In this document: one piece after another, positions 150,100 through 163,482 of the stretch
Position numbering within the stretch: position 1 is the first letter of the stretch
Layout of the letters: each line of letters starts with the position of its first letter
DNA from: Rhodosorus marinus CCMP1338
Taxonomy: Eukaryota > Plantae > Rhodophyta
DNA: 248,000 nucleotides
Direction: 5' to 3'
Assembly: GCA_029953675.1 (NCBI GenBank)
Contig: JAMWBK010000008.1
Span: 1,632,001-1,880,000 of the forward strand
Program-made: the position numbers and the translations under genes
Notes under the pieces: model-generated
Database searches by the model: none
The model's input: only the letters and a program-made list of their open reading frames with translations
Told to the model about the DNA's origin: nothing

Positions 150100-150839
150100 A
150101 TCTTCAGTTCATCCACGGCTACCCAACAACTTGAATCCTACTCCAACCGCATCTCACCGCAACAAAATTTTCTCTCTTCATCGCTCCCCGCTAACGGATC
150201 CTTCATTACCCGGAAGGCCGGTAAAAGCTTCCAGAGCACAAAATCTTGCTGCCGAACTAACACTGCTTAGCCATGCCCCCCCCCCCCCCAACAACATCCT
150301 CTCCCTCCGACTTGACGCCCCTTTCATGCTTGGGAGCTTGCTAGAGATAAAGGGGTTGCCCACACTGCGACAGAGTGGCGTCTTGCTGTCGACTGCTCTC
150401 CCGAAGGGCTAGCTATAAGATTGTGGCGATTACGTCCATTGAACTGGAATGGCCTGAAAGCTTGGTTTCTCGGCTCTGGCTGGGTCTTGCACATTCTTGT
150501 TCTTGTGTTCGTTTAGAATCAGTAAAAAGCAGTAAAAAGCAGGTGTCCTGACGGAGCTTCTCTCTTAGTACTCTTCTTGTACGTTCGCGTAACGTACGAG
150601 TAGCCGATTGAGGATCTATACATCTAGAAAATAACAATGGCTCCCTTAAGGGGTGACCCTTGTTCCCAGTCGCACCTCCGATTACAGAATAAAGTGAAAA
150701 ATAAAATCCATTTCGGGTTAAGGAATCACATAGCAAGGGCACATAATATGGCTTAGCACACCCACGTTCCCTTTGACATCGGCACTTTGCGGCCCATGTC
150801 CGCAATGCACGCTGAAACAGGATCTTGTCTTTTGCCTAT

Positions 150840-151818
150840 TGGATACGTTTTGCGCTCAGTTCTGACCTCGAAGTCCTCTGCCCATTCCCCCCCATCCAAA
150901 TCGGTTTCCTTCCTGCCCACCAGGCTGCCCGCCAGGCTGCCCATCATCCTCCACTGCCGCAGCTACTGCGCTGGCCTCGTCATTGTTTCCTACCAACCAG
151001 CTGAGAATCTATATATTTCGCACAAAATCAGATGAGCGTAAAAGAAGTTTTAGGCAAGGGCCAAGGGGTGATCAATAAATTTCAGATTGCAATTTGTTCA
151101 AGCGAGTAGTCCTTCGCATACCCTTGGCGTCCACAGAATCCTCTTTCCCCCCGTTATTATCGGATAAATGTCATAGAGAAAATAGTAAAAGTGTCCTGCA
151201 ATCACGCCAAGGATGTCCGCTTTGGCATGGTCCTGCGATGAGTTGTTGCTCCCAAGAATAAGGGAGAAGAGCAGCAAAACCCATGGGAGGTATGGAGCCC
151301 GGAAATTGAAGAGTCCTAATCAATATGTATGTGAATTAGAGCATTACCAACGTGCCGATCCCGCCCCTTTTCCACGTGTCGATCTGCATACCGAGAAAAT
151401 TCATTGCCATTCGTTCATTTCGACGTCCCCAAACGTAGACCATCATAAATGTCAGCGAGGGCCCCAGGAAAAGGACACCTGGAGTCAGTCGTGAAACAGC
151501 TAGAAGCAGCGTGCTGCCAAAGATGAGCATATACAGAAAGTCCGCGGTCTTGCCCCGGAATGAGTTGATCTCAAGCAGCTTGCAGTACCGGTACAAGAAG
151601 AACATGTGAAAGAGAAAGTCCAATCCAAACTTCCCAAAGAAGAAAAAGTTCGTCAACAACCGCCACACCTGACCCTCCAAAATCTGCGCCCAGTTCAAGT
151701 ACAGCTTCAAAGGAGATATCATATCCAGTGCACACATCCCCGTCGTGATCACTGACAACGCCACGTACGATCGAGTCACCGGTGGCATCAGCCTAAACCA
151801 TTCCTCAAAAAACGCCAT
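150840..151818 (-). CDS. DER1: Derlin (Der1-like), spliced
   Basis: MPPVTRSY, QVWRLLTNFFFFG, FHMFFLYRYCKLLE, FRAPYLPWV. Confidence 0.92.
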
Positions 151819-153133
151819 TTTCTCCACAAACTACCAAAACGAAGAAAAAAAAAACAAAGCCCGAAAACCAACGCGAAGAAAAACCTCAAAATCCCCTCAA
151901 CAAGCACCCCGCTTCTTGCTTCACCAAAAACCACCAAAACGCATACAAAAATCCTTCAAAAAAGCCGCCAATAAACTCAAATATGCCCGCCCACCCTATC
152001 CAACATCATCATCAAACCTACTAATCACAACACGCATCCAACCCATTGATCACTTCCCCCCAGAAAGTCATTACCCCAAAAACCTTTCCCTCCTCCGACT
152101 CACAAACACAAACGAACAACAAAAAAAACACTCACGCCCTCTACTTCATCCAATCTTTATCCTCTAATACACACATCCCATAGCTCTTCTCCCTCCCTCC
152201 CTCTCTCTCTCTCTCTCTCCCTCTTCTCCAAACCTCCCCCAAACCCAAATGCCACCTTCATCTCAATATGTAATCAACAAGAACAGAGTCCACTGTCAAA
152301 CCAAAAAGAACAGCCAATGTTACAGCTACAAAAAAAAAACTAAAAATATCAACTATGCTTGTCCAAAGAAATTCATTGGAATTTCAAAACAAAAATTATA
152401 AAAGAGATATAATCAATCCAAATAAGTTGATAATGACTGAAAACTATTATTATTTGTCTTCTTAATTCTTTGGATGTGATTTTCTTTAAATTTTTAGAAT
152501 TATTGACTGACTTTGTTTTTATTTATTTTATAGGATATATTGTATTTGTATTTTGAGGAAAAATGCTAGCTCAGTCATTGGAGAATTTTTCTCAAAAAGT
152601 GTTTTTAGTAATGTACTAATACGTGTTGGATATTGTACTATGTACTATGTACTATTTTTTTGTTTTGTTTTTTCGTCTGTTGTCTTACCGGAGGTTTTTT
152701 GGTGGTGGATGATGGAGTTTCTTTTGTAGAGAGCTGGTACCTTTTTTGGTGATGATGACTAGGCAAAGGAATCTGAGAACTACCGAGACGAGGAAGGCTT
152801 AAAAATCTCCTATCGGATTTTCTGTCCCCACCACCCCTCACCCCCGCCGCAACATCGTTCGAACGATCCAGCGAGCTAGGTACATCTTTATCGGATTTTG
152901 GAGATCCTCGATGCTGGTAGCACGATCACTATGCTTTGATATAGCTGAGATTCTACTAGTTACTTTTATTGTACGCCCTCCCCAATGACGTGGATGAAAC
153001 CTTATCATGCCTCTACATCTACGAGGATGACTGGCAGCTGCTGACGACTGCGTGTTTGGAGACTGCCGGTTTTATCCGCGGCTTTTAGTTTGCTTTTTTG
153101 CTGCTTTAATATTCTGTAGGATACCATACTAGA

Positions 153134-154570
153134 ATGGCAGAGCGAAATTCATCCTCCTCAGCTGACCTGGCGAGAAAGTAAGCAGTTCTCGTTCTAGTGC
153201 GTCTTGGATGTGGCCTTAGGGTCGATGGTCGCTAATTCTCAGTGCCTTCTGTTTCGTCCAGGCAGATTCATGGGGAGCAAGATCTGAGAGTTTTTCTGGA
153301 GTCCAATACGTTCAAGGTAATCCGCGGAGCTAGTATCCAGAATCAATCGGGAACGATATTTGTGGCTCAAGCGGAGTTCTCGAAACCCCTCGCCTAGGAC
153401 CTCTGGACGTTTGTGCTACGATGTAATGAAGCCGTAAAGAACAGCACAATCAGCAGTTGCCAAGATATGAAAGGATCAACGGCTGTCGACTCGCTCGTGA
153501 TTGTTCTTGACAACTTGAGCAAGCTGGTAGACGAAATCCCACCTGCAAACCAGGTGAGCTTGCACGCTGTGTCTTATCGCTCCAGATATCAGTCTCACAC
153601 CAGCACTTCTTCGATTAACCAGCCAGCGAGATACGGAAATAGCTCGTTCACCGTTTGGCATACAGAACTGGTCTCACGCTCGGAATCAATGATCGGTAAG
153701 TCCCAACTGGAAGGCAGCAGCGGGTTTGCTCTAGATTCATCGAGTCTAAGGCCTTGTCCATGTCTTCGGTTTTTGTCTCAGAATCTTTGCTTCCACCGGA
153801 CAAGTCCTCGCTTTCAGCAGAGCTTGCTCTGTACTTGAACGCGTCCTTCGGACATGAGATAAGAAGAGACTACGGTAGCGGTCACGAAGCAACGTTTCTC
153901 GTTCTGCTTTTTTGCCTCCTGAAGGTGTGAGCAGATCGTACTCAACCGGACACCCGACGCGTATCAAATCGGAGCAACATCCGCTGAATAGGAATCACAT
154001 CGCGTCTCTCACATTAGGTTGGAGCATTTCAAGAGGCAGACTTCAAGCTGCTCGTGCTTCGAGTCTTTACCAAGTACTTGGAGGTTACAAGAAAACTGCA
154101 GACGACCTACTGGTTGGAACCCGCTGGCTCACATGGGGTATGGGGCCTTGACGACTACTCGTTTCTGAACTTTCTTTGGGGTTCCGCTCAGCTGTTTGAC
154201 AACAAAGAGATTACACCGCCAAGCGTCGTCAGTTCCGAACAAGTTCTTAAAGATTGGTCTGATGAGTACCTCTACGTTGACGCCATAAGAGCAATCAAGC
154301 GGGTGAAGAAGGTACTAATTCATGTTTTCTCGTCCAAGCCGAAGCGGTTTTAGTAGATCCGTACTTGTGCCGTTCCACAAGCTGAAGCTTTTCCCGTTCG
154401 TCTGCGTCAGGGACCGTTCTTTGAGCATTCGCCGATGTTACGGGACATTTCAGAGGTACGAGAGGGCTGGCCAAAGATTAACTCAGGTCTTATAAAGATG
154501 TACAGAGCAGAAGTATGGGGCAAACTCCCTGTCGTCCAACACACACTGTTCGGGTCGATTTTCAAGTTCG
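153134..154570 (+). CDS. PTPA: PP2A phosphatase activator PTPA, multi-exon
   Basis: [38 protein letters not shown]. Confidence 0.92.
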
Positions 154571-156730
154571 ATGAGTGACACATGTTCGTCAGCAGCTCAA
154601 ACAAATCCCAGTGTACCCCCAACCCCGACCGGCTTGTCAGGAAGCAGAATAGATACTCTGCGTCTAGGACTTCCTTTCTTCAATGTTTGAACGGTTCTGG
154701 TGCTGCTCAGACGGATGCTGTTAAAGACGACGGGAGGTGCGCGAGAGATGCGCGATGTCGTCGAGAGATCTGCTCTGTCCTCAATCGACTGCCTCTGCGT
154801 GGGAGTGAACTTAACAATTACGCGCTAGAGGACGTGGTCAGATTTTGCAGTTCGAGGATCTAGTAAAGTCACACCAGTCTTTCCTCCGGGTCCAAAAACC
154901 AGGTAATGCTTATCAAGAAGAAGCCCAAGCATGTGCGGATTAACAGATCTCCAAAGTCGCCTGTTGGGAATCTCAATCTCAAACAAGCTTATCAAAGAGA
155001 AACTGTTATGTCGAATGTAAAGGTCGATCAACCAAGCCTTCTTCCCCCGTAAAAGCACATACGACCATGATCTCCTTCTTAACGAAGCGGTCAAAAGGAG
155101 AGCCACGAAGTGACGTGGATCACTACTGACTGGAAAACGTGTAAACAGTTGCTGTGTCTCCGTATCTCTTCGAGTATGCCGTGAGTAGCTATTCCCATTT
155201 GGCGGGAAGCGTATCCCTGATGTGTGAATTCCTCTAGAAAACTTTTGTAGCTTTGCATCTTGCTCTCCCCCCAAGGTCATGGGGCAGGTACACACGGCGC
155301 AGGCTGCATACTTTGCTCGAGCAAACACATCACCCATCGCTGGAGAAAGACGGCAGAGTGCGGCAGCGATGGAAGACAATGCGGACTGCAATATTTGAAG
155401 AAGAAATTTGAAAGCCCAATTCATCCGCGAACACATCAAGGATCAGCATCCAGGCAAATCGTAGTAGTGACCTGGCAGTACGCATTCAGAGACACGAAGA
155501 ATAACAAGCAAGCTTCAACACCTTCCACTCTCCGTCAGCTCCGTGACCCATGCCCAACAGTCTTGACTCCTCTTCGGACTAGTTCACCATCAAGATGATC
155601 GTCAAGTGCATTGTGAAGGCGGTGTTGTGGGCTCTTCGATGAGTCAAGAAGTAGGGCCCAGGAGTCAAAGATAGGAGTGCTTTTCTTCACTTATCAAGGA
155701 CAGGTCTTCACATGCGATCGTGAGTTGTAGATACAGAATCGTACAACTAAAACGAAATTACAGACTCGTGACAGATCCTCAGGGAAGCAGGGCTGAGTCG
155801 GCAGATAGTTAAGGCAATCGTCATCAGCGTGCGTGGCGATGGCGCAGTGGTCCATTCGCGTGGGGGAGGAACTCAGCGCGATTGACGTCGCAGATGCCCT
155901 AACTACAGACACGTGACAAATCCGCAGGGAAGCAGGGCTGAGCCTTGACGGATTGTTAAGGCAATCGCCATCAGCGCGCGTGGCGATGACAGTAGGGATC
156001 CTTTCGCGTGGGGGAAGGGTACCCAACTATGCGAGGGAAAATCAGCGCGATCGGCCTCGCAGATGCCGACGGGACTTGTAAAGTCAAACTGGACCGTCGG
156101 TGTAGCTTCAGATCTGTCAAATATTGGCTCCAAAAACATCCATTCAGATCCCGTCCTCACCAGTACAAAAACGCCAGCTCGACCAGAATCACCATTCCCC
156201 ATGGAGTTCAACTCCCCAAGTGAAAGCCACAAAAATAACATCGGCCTTCTTAAAAACCCTACCGGAGTTTGATTTTTAAAATATTTTGAAGGTTTTATGG
156301 GCTCATTTTTGCACTCGTTTGGGTATCATTAGCCATTAATGTTTAGCCAGGATTCTGTGGAGATTAAGGCATGTAAATCATGTAGGTATAAAATCTGACT
156401 TTTTAGGGCTCGATTGATTGAGGGGGGGGGGTGGGCAGGGTGGGCCGGGAGAGTGGAGAGCTCTGTAGGGATATAGTATGAGATTCTTAACCTTTTTATG
156501 GGAATGGGAATGATCTAGATAAGTTTTGTCTGAGGAACGTGCAATGTAGGGACGGTGAAGGGTTGAAGACGGTGGGAGTCAGGGGCGTACTGTTTTGTTT
156601 AGGTTTCGGGGCTGTGTGGAGAAGGGTTTCGGGTTGGGCATTTGAGTGTCTTCTACTCCTAGCCTGTTTTTTGCTTTTTTTGTCCCGGGACGGGGTTTGA
156701 CATGAAATGTGTTGTGAGTGAGATTTGAGG

Positions 156731-159250
156731 ATGGCACGGGATGAGCAAGCCAATGGGGCGTCGTTTGGACCGGACCACTATTGCTTCCATCGCGAGGTTA
156801 GCAGTAACGCAGAAGCTGAGGATCGCTTCCGTGACGTCGCAAGCGTCGTTTCGAAACTAGTTAGTAGCGGATCGACGACATCTGAGGCTCTCCAAGAGGC
156901 GCAAACTCGGTATGGTGGTGACCTGAACATTGTTGCTGGCGAGAGTTGGGATTTTGGGGGGAATGTGCAGGACGTCCTCATACTTGGTTGCGCGATTTCA
157001 ACCGAGGAGGTTCATATTTTCATGGAAAACGTCGGTTCTACGCCCGTAACTGCGGCACCCCGACTATCGGACATGAAATCGCTCTTGGCGAATTCTAGGG
157101 ACGGGCTTCTGTGGGAACTCTCTGACATCGCAAACCGGCTTCCTTCTGAAACCATCAGAGACGAGGAACTCAGCGATGTGAGGTACTTCAAGGATATCAG
157201 TGCATGGGGAGGATCTGCCTTGTTTCGTCTGAGAATACTCACGCCCGAGGAGACGACGAATGAAGCGATTCACGAATCCCGAATGGACGCCCTATTGCGC
157301 CTCCAGTCGATCACCAGCAAGGAAGAAGCCTCGAGGAACTTGATTGTTTCGGAGCTTGTCGGAGTACTAGATGATTCACGTGCGTTGGTGCGAGTGCTAC
157401 ACAACCTTGCCGTAGTCGCCATGCCGAATGACAGAGACATGCCAATTGAAGTCGGTAAGCTCATGCGTGATCTGGTGTACCTGGTTACGCTTGTTACCGG
157501 ATCGGTTGAAGCAGGTCTAAAACTTGGCTGGCTCCTTGAGATCCTGGCGAGGCTTGGATCCGGCGCTAAAGTCGTAGACTTTGCTAGAGAGTTTTTGAGG
157601 AATGACCAACCTCCAGTGGCAGTGATCGCGTGCGCTGCAAACAGTTCACAATCACCCTGGCTGGGTGAGATGGCAGCGATGGCAGAAAATCTGGCCAACG
157701 CTTTAGATGATCTCGGCTGGATTGTGGTATTGGTCAGCTGCTGTGGGCCAAAAGACACTCTCGCGAACGCAACCAAACTCGCACGCGGTCGTGAAGGAGG
157801 TGCTTGTGACGTTTTCGCGCTGAAGAACTCGGGTATTTCTTCAGCGCACTCGCACTACGTAGTGCGAACGGTACATTCCATCCGGGAGGCTCCAAGGGCG
157901 GAACGCAGTGATTTATGCAGGCTCTTCGCGCAAGAAGGTCTGAAAACTCTCAAGGCAGAAAAGATAAGACCGGGGGCGGTGTTCTCCTGTGGATGGGCAA
158001 CCACACAGTTTGCGGATGTTGCGTTGCGACCTGGAAGAGGATTCGAAAGCGACGATGGTGCTAGTCTCTCTCAGTTCTTTGCCTCTACGGAGTTTGTTCA
158101 CATGGTTGAACCACATGACATCGGAAGTGTTCAGGTTGATGGAGGACAGGACGGAACACTGCTCGCTCTCGAAACTTGCCGCTCGTGGGGCACCGTTGGA
158201 ATGCCCGAGCTGTGGTCGGAGCAACCCGAGAGCGTGATGAAAAAATTAGAGCTCATCCTCGAGGGTAGAGAGCAGGATGGATTTCATTCTAGTATTGGTT
158301 GTGTGATCGATCAGCGGACGGCCCTTATTAGCCATCTCGCAGCGAGGAAGGAACTGGTTCGGCGGAATCTCGTCTCTGGCGCAGAGAACCAAGCTGTTGT
158401 GTGCATCCAGCTCTCAGTTTCCGGCCGATCGGATGCAGCTAGTGCTCAGGCTGTGGACGAAACCTTGAAGGAAATTGAAGGGATGATCCTGGGGCCTAAA
158501 GGAGGGTCGTTCATGTTTCTCTTTGTTCCGTCGTCTCCGTCGTCGACGTTGGCGTCTCCAGCATCGAGCTGGTTGATCTCCCCATCGACTTCAACGCAGC
158601 CGTACCCGGGTCTGGCGCAGCTGCGGCGAAATTATCCGAAACGTGTTGCGATTGTTCCAACAGATCTTAGCCGCCATGCATTTACGGGAGCGGATTGTGC
158701 ACTTCTGTCGGACTCATCTAAGGCGTTTACGAACGGCCTAAGAGGAGTTGGCACTAAAGTCCTTTTCGCCAGTGATGCGGATTGGATAAAGAGGTTAGCA
158801 TCGATGGGTCAGCTCAGCAGCAGATCGCAACCAGCGAGAGCTGCAGTAGTTGCAACAGCACTGCCGCTGCAATCTGTTGTTGAGACCTGGTCGAAGCAGC
158901 TTCAACTGATGCTCAAGCACGTGCCTGTGAGTTGCCCGGCTGATTTCAAGTACGAGCTGGAAGCCACTCAGAAAGCCAGCTGGGCTTTTTTGGATAGCCG
159001 AACGTCCAGAATAGATGTGACCCGACTAGGTGCAAAACGGGTGAATCTCGTCGGTTCGTTCAACGATTGGTCTGGACAGCTTCAGATGACGGGCAGTCCA
159101 GCAGACGGGAAGTTTAGGATCAAGTTGAGACTTCCGAGAAGAAAGCACCTCTTCAAGCTCGTCGTGGACGGCGAATGGACAACAGACTCAAAAAACCCGG
159201 AAGAAGTCGATGCAAATGGGTTCAAGAATAACTATATAGTTGTTAGCTGA
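156731..159250 (+). CDS. Degenerate GT5/starch-synthase-like fold with a C-terminal CBM48
   Basis: LANALDDLGWIVVLV resembles the GT5 N-terminus but lacks KxGGL; VNLVGSFNDWS..FKLVVDGEW..NGFKNN CBM48. Confidence 0.7.
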   Translation: MARDEQANGASFGPDHYCFHREVSSNAEAEDRFRDVASVVSKLVSSGSTTSEALQEAQTRYGGDLNIVAGESWDFGGNVQDVLILGCAISTEEVHIFMENVGSTPVTAAPRLSDMKSLLANSRDGLLWELSDIANRLPSETIRDEELSDVRYFKDISAWGGSALFRLRILTPEETTNEAIHESRMDALLRLQSITSKEEASRNLIVSELVGVLDDSRALVRVLHNLAVVAMPNDRDMPIEVGKLMRDLVYLVTLVTGSVEAGLKLGWLLEILARLGSGAKVVDFAREFLRNDQPPVAVIACAANSSQSPWLGEMAAMAENLANALDDLGWIVVLVSCCGPKDTLANATKLARGREGGACDVFALKNSGISSAHSHYVVRTVHSIREAPRAERSDLCRLFAQEGLKTLKAEKIRPGAVFSCGWATTQFADVALRPGRGFESDDGASLSQFFASTEFVHMVEPHDIGSVQVDGGQDGTLLALETCRSWGTVGMPELWSEQPESVMKKLELILEGREQDGFHSSIGCVIDQRTALISHLAARKELVRRNLVSGAENQAVVCIQLSVSGRSDAASAQAVDETLKEIEGMILGPKGGSFMFLFVPSSPSSTLASPASSWLISPSTSTQPYPGLAQLRRNYPKRVAIVPTDLSRHAFTGADCALLSDSSKAFTNGLRGVGTKVLFASDADWIKRLASMGQLSSRSQPARAAVVATALPLQSVVETWSKQLQLMLKHVPVSCPADFKYELEATQKASWAFLDSRTSRIDVTRLGAKRVNLVGSFNDWSGQLQMTGSPADGKFRIKLRLPRRKHLFKLVVDGEWTTDSKNPEEVDANGFKNNYIVVS

Positions 159251-159602
159251 TACTTTCTGCTCTAGTTCTTCATTGCCATCGGTAACCGGAAATGGGAGAA
159301 GTTTGGTTCAGCACATTCTATTGATCGAGGGCCGCTCGCTCATGGTTTCTTTAATAATTATTCACTGAAATGCTTCTGAAAAGCTAGACTGCAGACCATT
159401 GCGTTGCAGGCTGGAACACTCAATCCAGCTGCATCATCAACTTCGATCGACGCGACAGACGAGGACTGTCAGAAGAGTAGTCAAGAGCCTTGGAGGTTCG
159501 CTGAACCTCAGTCGAGCGAAAGACGTGAAAGACAGACATTGGGCAGAGCCTTCTCAACAGCGTTCACCTACGGGCACCATCTCAAACCCGTTGCGACCAT
159601 TT

Positions 159603-161516
159603 TCACCCCAGTCTATACACCGTGAACGCATCCGCCTGCGGTTCGTCTTGTTTTTTGGCGAGTCTGGAGCGGTTGTTCACAGCGTGCTGGCTCAGGTCAT
159701 CGGGGAGCGCTAGCTGGTGCAGGATATGGCTTTCGTCCTCCCCATGTCGCAGGACAAGTTTCCTTAATAACTTGAGGTTCGCTCGTTGCGCGTATGGATC
159801 AAATACAGCGCTCGCTAGCCTCCGTTCGCGATGCGTCAATATTTGATAATGACTGCTTTCCTCTGCGGCGTGGTAACAACGCCTGAACCCCATAAGTACC
159901 TCATTCCGCGGGTCCAATGACGTACACAGCCTCTGTTCTTCGTCTTCATGTTTCGAATCTTTGTAGCAACCTCGCGCTCCCTCCAGAGAATATTCACTTC
160001 ATCGACGCTGTGCTGGGTGTTGAATGAAAGCTCATGGTAGTGATGTACTGTGACGTAGATCTTGAGTTCATTCAACACCGAGCGCAGAGATTCCACCCAT
160101 AATCTATGAAACCCAAAGCTGGAATGGGATTCGTAGTCCTTGAGGATTTTATCCAAAAGCAGTTCAGAGGCGTTTGCCAGCTCCATGGTGAACATGGATG
160201 CCGTCGTCTCAGTGCTAACTACCCAGCTCAGGACTTGAGTCACATCCGCGGCGGCCTAAACCAAAAAAAAAAGGGACGAACGGATAAATGAAGGGAGAGG
160301 GTTTTCAGCTTCTCCAAACCCGCCAGACCCGGGCAATCTAACGGAACAGATGATGAAATGAAACATGACGGACCTTAACGTGCAAGTAGAACGGATCTTC
160401 ACGATCAAGCTCCTCGCTTATGGTGCCAACTTCCGCGATCTCATACATAACCGGCATTACGTACATTCTGGAAACATTTGCTGCTCCCTTATCTAGAGCG
160501 GCAGCTCTCGTAATGAGCTCGTACTCTTTGCTAAAAGCACTGAAGACCAGCTTTGACTGTTTGGCCACATGGCCCCCAAGAAGTTCAGAATGGTGGACGT
160601 ATTCTGCTACTGGACCGTCGACGATCTCCAGGAAGTCAAGGAACGGATGCGCATCGTTTCTCGCTTTGACCTTCTTCTTGACGCGGTAGCCTTCCGGTGC
160701 TGCTCCTCTCAGATAATTCCATCTGAGGCCCGCCGGGTGGTACTCAACGACATAGTCATGAAGCTGCTTTGTGAATCCTTTGATCGCTGTTGCATAGTCG
160801 GAATGGACTGGATCGCAGTTCAGTTGGATAAAGTTGCTCAGGATATTATCACATTCTAGATCGATGACTTGATTGTACTCCTTCACGTGCTTTACCGTGT
160901 TGGGAGCCACAACCCAGCCCAACATTGTTGACAGATCAGCGAGCGCCTGGAAGTGGTGCTTTTTGGGATCATTCGGATCACAATCCCGATTGTACTCAAC
161001 CGCATCGTCAGCACAGTCAGTGAGCGGCTCGCATTTGGCGATAAGGTCATCTCTCGGGGGCATAGAAACTGATGCCGCGTAGGAAATTATTCCGGTTTCT
161101 GCTTCAACGGCTTCCTCAAAAGCCAGCATCTGGTCACGAACATCACCACCTATCTTCTCAGCTAAAGTCGACATCTTCGCAAGATCCGATCTTACAAAAC
161201 TGTTGAAAACCTCTCCAGGATCCGTATCTACGACACGACCAAGCACAACCAAAACATTGCTGAGTCCTCTTTATACCCCCTGAATCGGAGTTTCCATTCA
161301 ACGGCACGTGAGAAACCCCGTCCTGGAGTAAACCATACCGGTCTCAACGGCAAGGAACCCAGTCCGCATACGTCGATCTTTGGGTATCTTCTTCGAGAGC
161401 TCCTCCAACTTTCCAATACTCGCATCCATCGCATTGAAAGTGGATTTGATATTTGGATAGCGTTTCCTAGGAATTGGAGCTAAAAACATGGAGAACTCTT
161501 CAACGAAAGGGTCCAA
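159603..161516 (-). CDS. Protein with tandem CAP N-terminal helical (HFD) domains, spliced
   Basis: HFQAL..MLGWVV..YHPAGLRWN, and a second copy TQVLSWVV..YVTVHHYHELSFN. Confidence 0.65.
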
Positions 161517-162911
161517 AGCAGAAAGCCCGCCGTTCCTTCACAAAAAAAAAAATTCGGTTAAAGCAATGTTCTGATTGCATCTAGAACTTACCCAGTTCCT
161601 TGTCCTCACAGCGAAACTCAGCAAAGCAGGTAAGACCCCAAAGGTTCTTATCCACGCTCTCAACTACGTCATCGATCGCATACGTACTACTCCCAAACAT
161701 CTTGCCCTCCCTCTAACCCCTTTTACACTTCAAAATCTAATCCTTATCATTTCAAGCGATCCTTAATGCTTCATTCACTCGTTCGTCTCCTCAGCATCCG
161801 TCCAAACATTTCCCGCCTCCCTCCAGACTGCCGCTTTGTGCTAACGCACACACAACCCACTATCCTTATCGTCCATCGCTTTTTCTGTCCCAGAATCTGG
161901 GACAGGACGTTCCATCCATAGCAATGAATGGAACTGTGTCGTGGGCGTGTCGAGGATCTGTAGCGCAGTCTGTGCGAGAAAGGTGCCCATAGAAATAAAG
162001 TAGCATGCCACGAAAAAAAATTGCGCGGAGGTTGTTGAAGATATACAGCTGGATCCTGAGCTGTTCCCTCGCCGTGGAAATTTTTGTGGCAGCAGATTTG
162101 GGACGGGTATTTTATATGCAAAGATCGGGAGTAGCGGCCTGTCGGAAGAAGGTCACCGCATCGAGAGCATCGCCAGACTTTTGCAATGTACTCTCCAGTG
162201 ACGATAGTATCCAGCTCTGAATCTAGACCTGTTTCCCCTCCATCTCGAAAGTCTGGGACAGCAAGAATGGGACAGAAATTCCGTCGTCACCGATGGGCGC
162301 TAGAGGGCCACTTAACAGGTCGTGAGCCCGGTCTATGCGAGGAACGGTGTCGCATCGGCAACGGCGATGGCCTTGCTACGGCAATGACAGAGGTCGGGCG
162401 GGTCCATCTCTTCTCGCTGGCTTCGTCATGTTTCTCGCCGTGCCCCCAAGCGTCTTGACAGCCTCCTCACGGGAATTGTCTCTGAATCTCTGGCGTTTGA
162501 ATGCTACTTTGTTGTTGGACGCGCGTCATCAGCGTTTCCCTTTCGGCCGCTAAGTGTAGATCCGCTATCGGCTCGGCATAACTTTCTTAGCTCGACAGAA
162601 CTTTTCGCATTGACCCGGGGAAGTACCGTCCATGCGAGGAAGGCCACGGCACCGAGAACGGCACAGACATTCCTTGAAATCTCCGGTGGATGCATTCTCC
162701 AGAACGATATAAACCGGGTCAGCAATCCTGCTCAGTCTCAAACTCTTTCATCCCCGCTTAGAAGTTGGGGCACCAGGAGCGCGGGACGGAAACGGCATGC
162801 AGGACAATTTATTCGGCAAGTAGGCGGACGAGATTTGCTGGGGTTGATGAAGTGGATGGAACCTCTGGAGAGACCTAGACAGCCAGTGCCCTCTGGTTTT
162901 TTCTCGATTGG

Positions 162912-163439
162912 ATGATGAGGTTCTTCTTGAGAAAATCTGGCTTCTCGTTAGTGAGGAGCGTCCAGAATGGGATTCGATCTGGATCGGGGTTGAGGAAGAC
163001 GGTTGGCGGTCGATGGATGATCAGAGCGACTGTGTATGGAGGGGGAGGATTGGCTGCTGCACTAGGAAGAGGAAGTTTATTAAGGACTGCGGAGTTCAGT
163101 CGCGTTCCTGCAGCTTTTGAGGTTGTCGAGGACGATGAGAACGAGGAAAAGGTGGAGACTGAGCTGGATATCGTCCTGGCGCGCGCGATGGAGATCGTTA
163201 AGAGGCTCCTCGCGTCTTTGGTGGTATGCACCGTTCTCGCTGCGGCGGCTTTCCTCGCACAGGCAGCGCTCCCGATCTTTGCAAGTGCCCTAGCCGTGGC
163301 TTTTTTGCTGAAGCCCACACAGGCCAGCTTCGCGAGCTGGTACGAGACGGAGAGACTGAGGGACGCGGCGGATCGAGATGATCTAATCGACAAAATGATA
163401 TCACACGCCGCTTCTGTGATCGATATACAGGTGCGATAG
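162912..163439 (+). CDS. Hypothetical transit-peptide-bearing membrane protein
   Basis: Ser/Arg-rich N-terminus, acidic segment, hydrophobic hairpin. Confidence 0.45.
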   Translation: MMRFFLRKSGFSLVRSVQNGIRSGSGLRKTVGGRWMIRATVYGGGGLAAALGRGSLLRTAEFSRVPAAFEVVEDDENEEKVETELDIVLARAMEIVKRLLASLVVCTVLAAAAFLAQAALPIFASALAVAFLLKPTQASFASWYETERLRDAADRDDLIDKMISHAASVIDIQVR

Positions 163440-163482
163440 CCGACTCCATCCGTGCTCCAGAGTCGCCGTTCTCACCATCTTC

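Noticed and set aside
155690-156240. Cys-rich repeat gene
   Set aside because: A ~140-bp direct duplication with protein-like pieces, but they fall in different frames with stops; no supportable model
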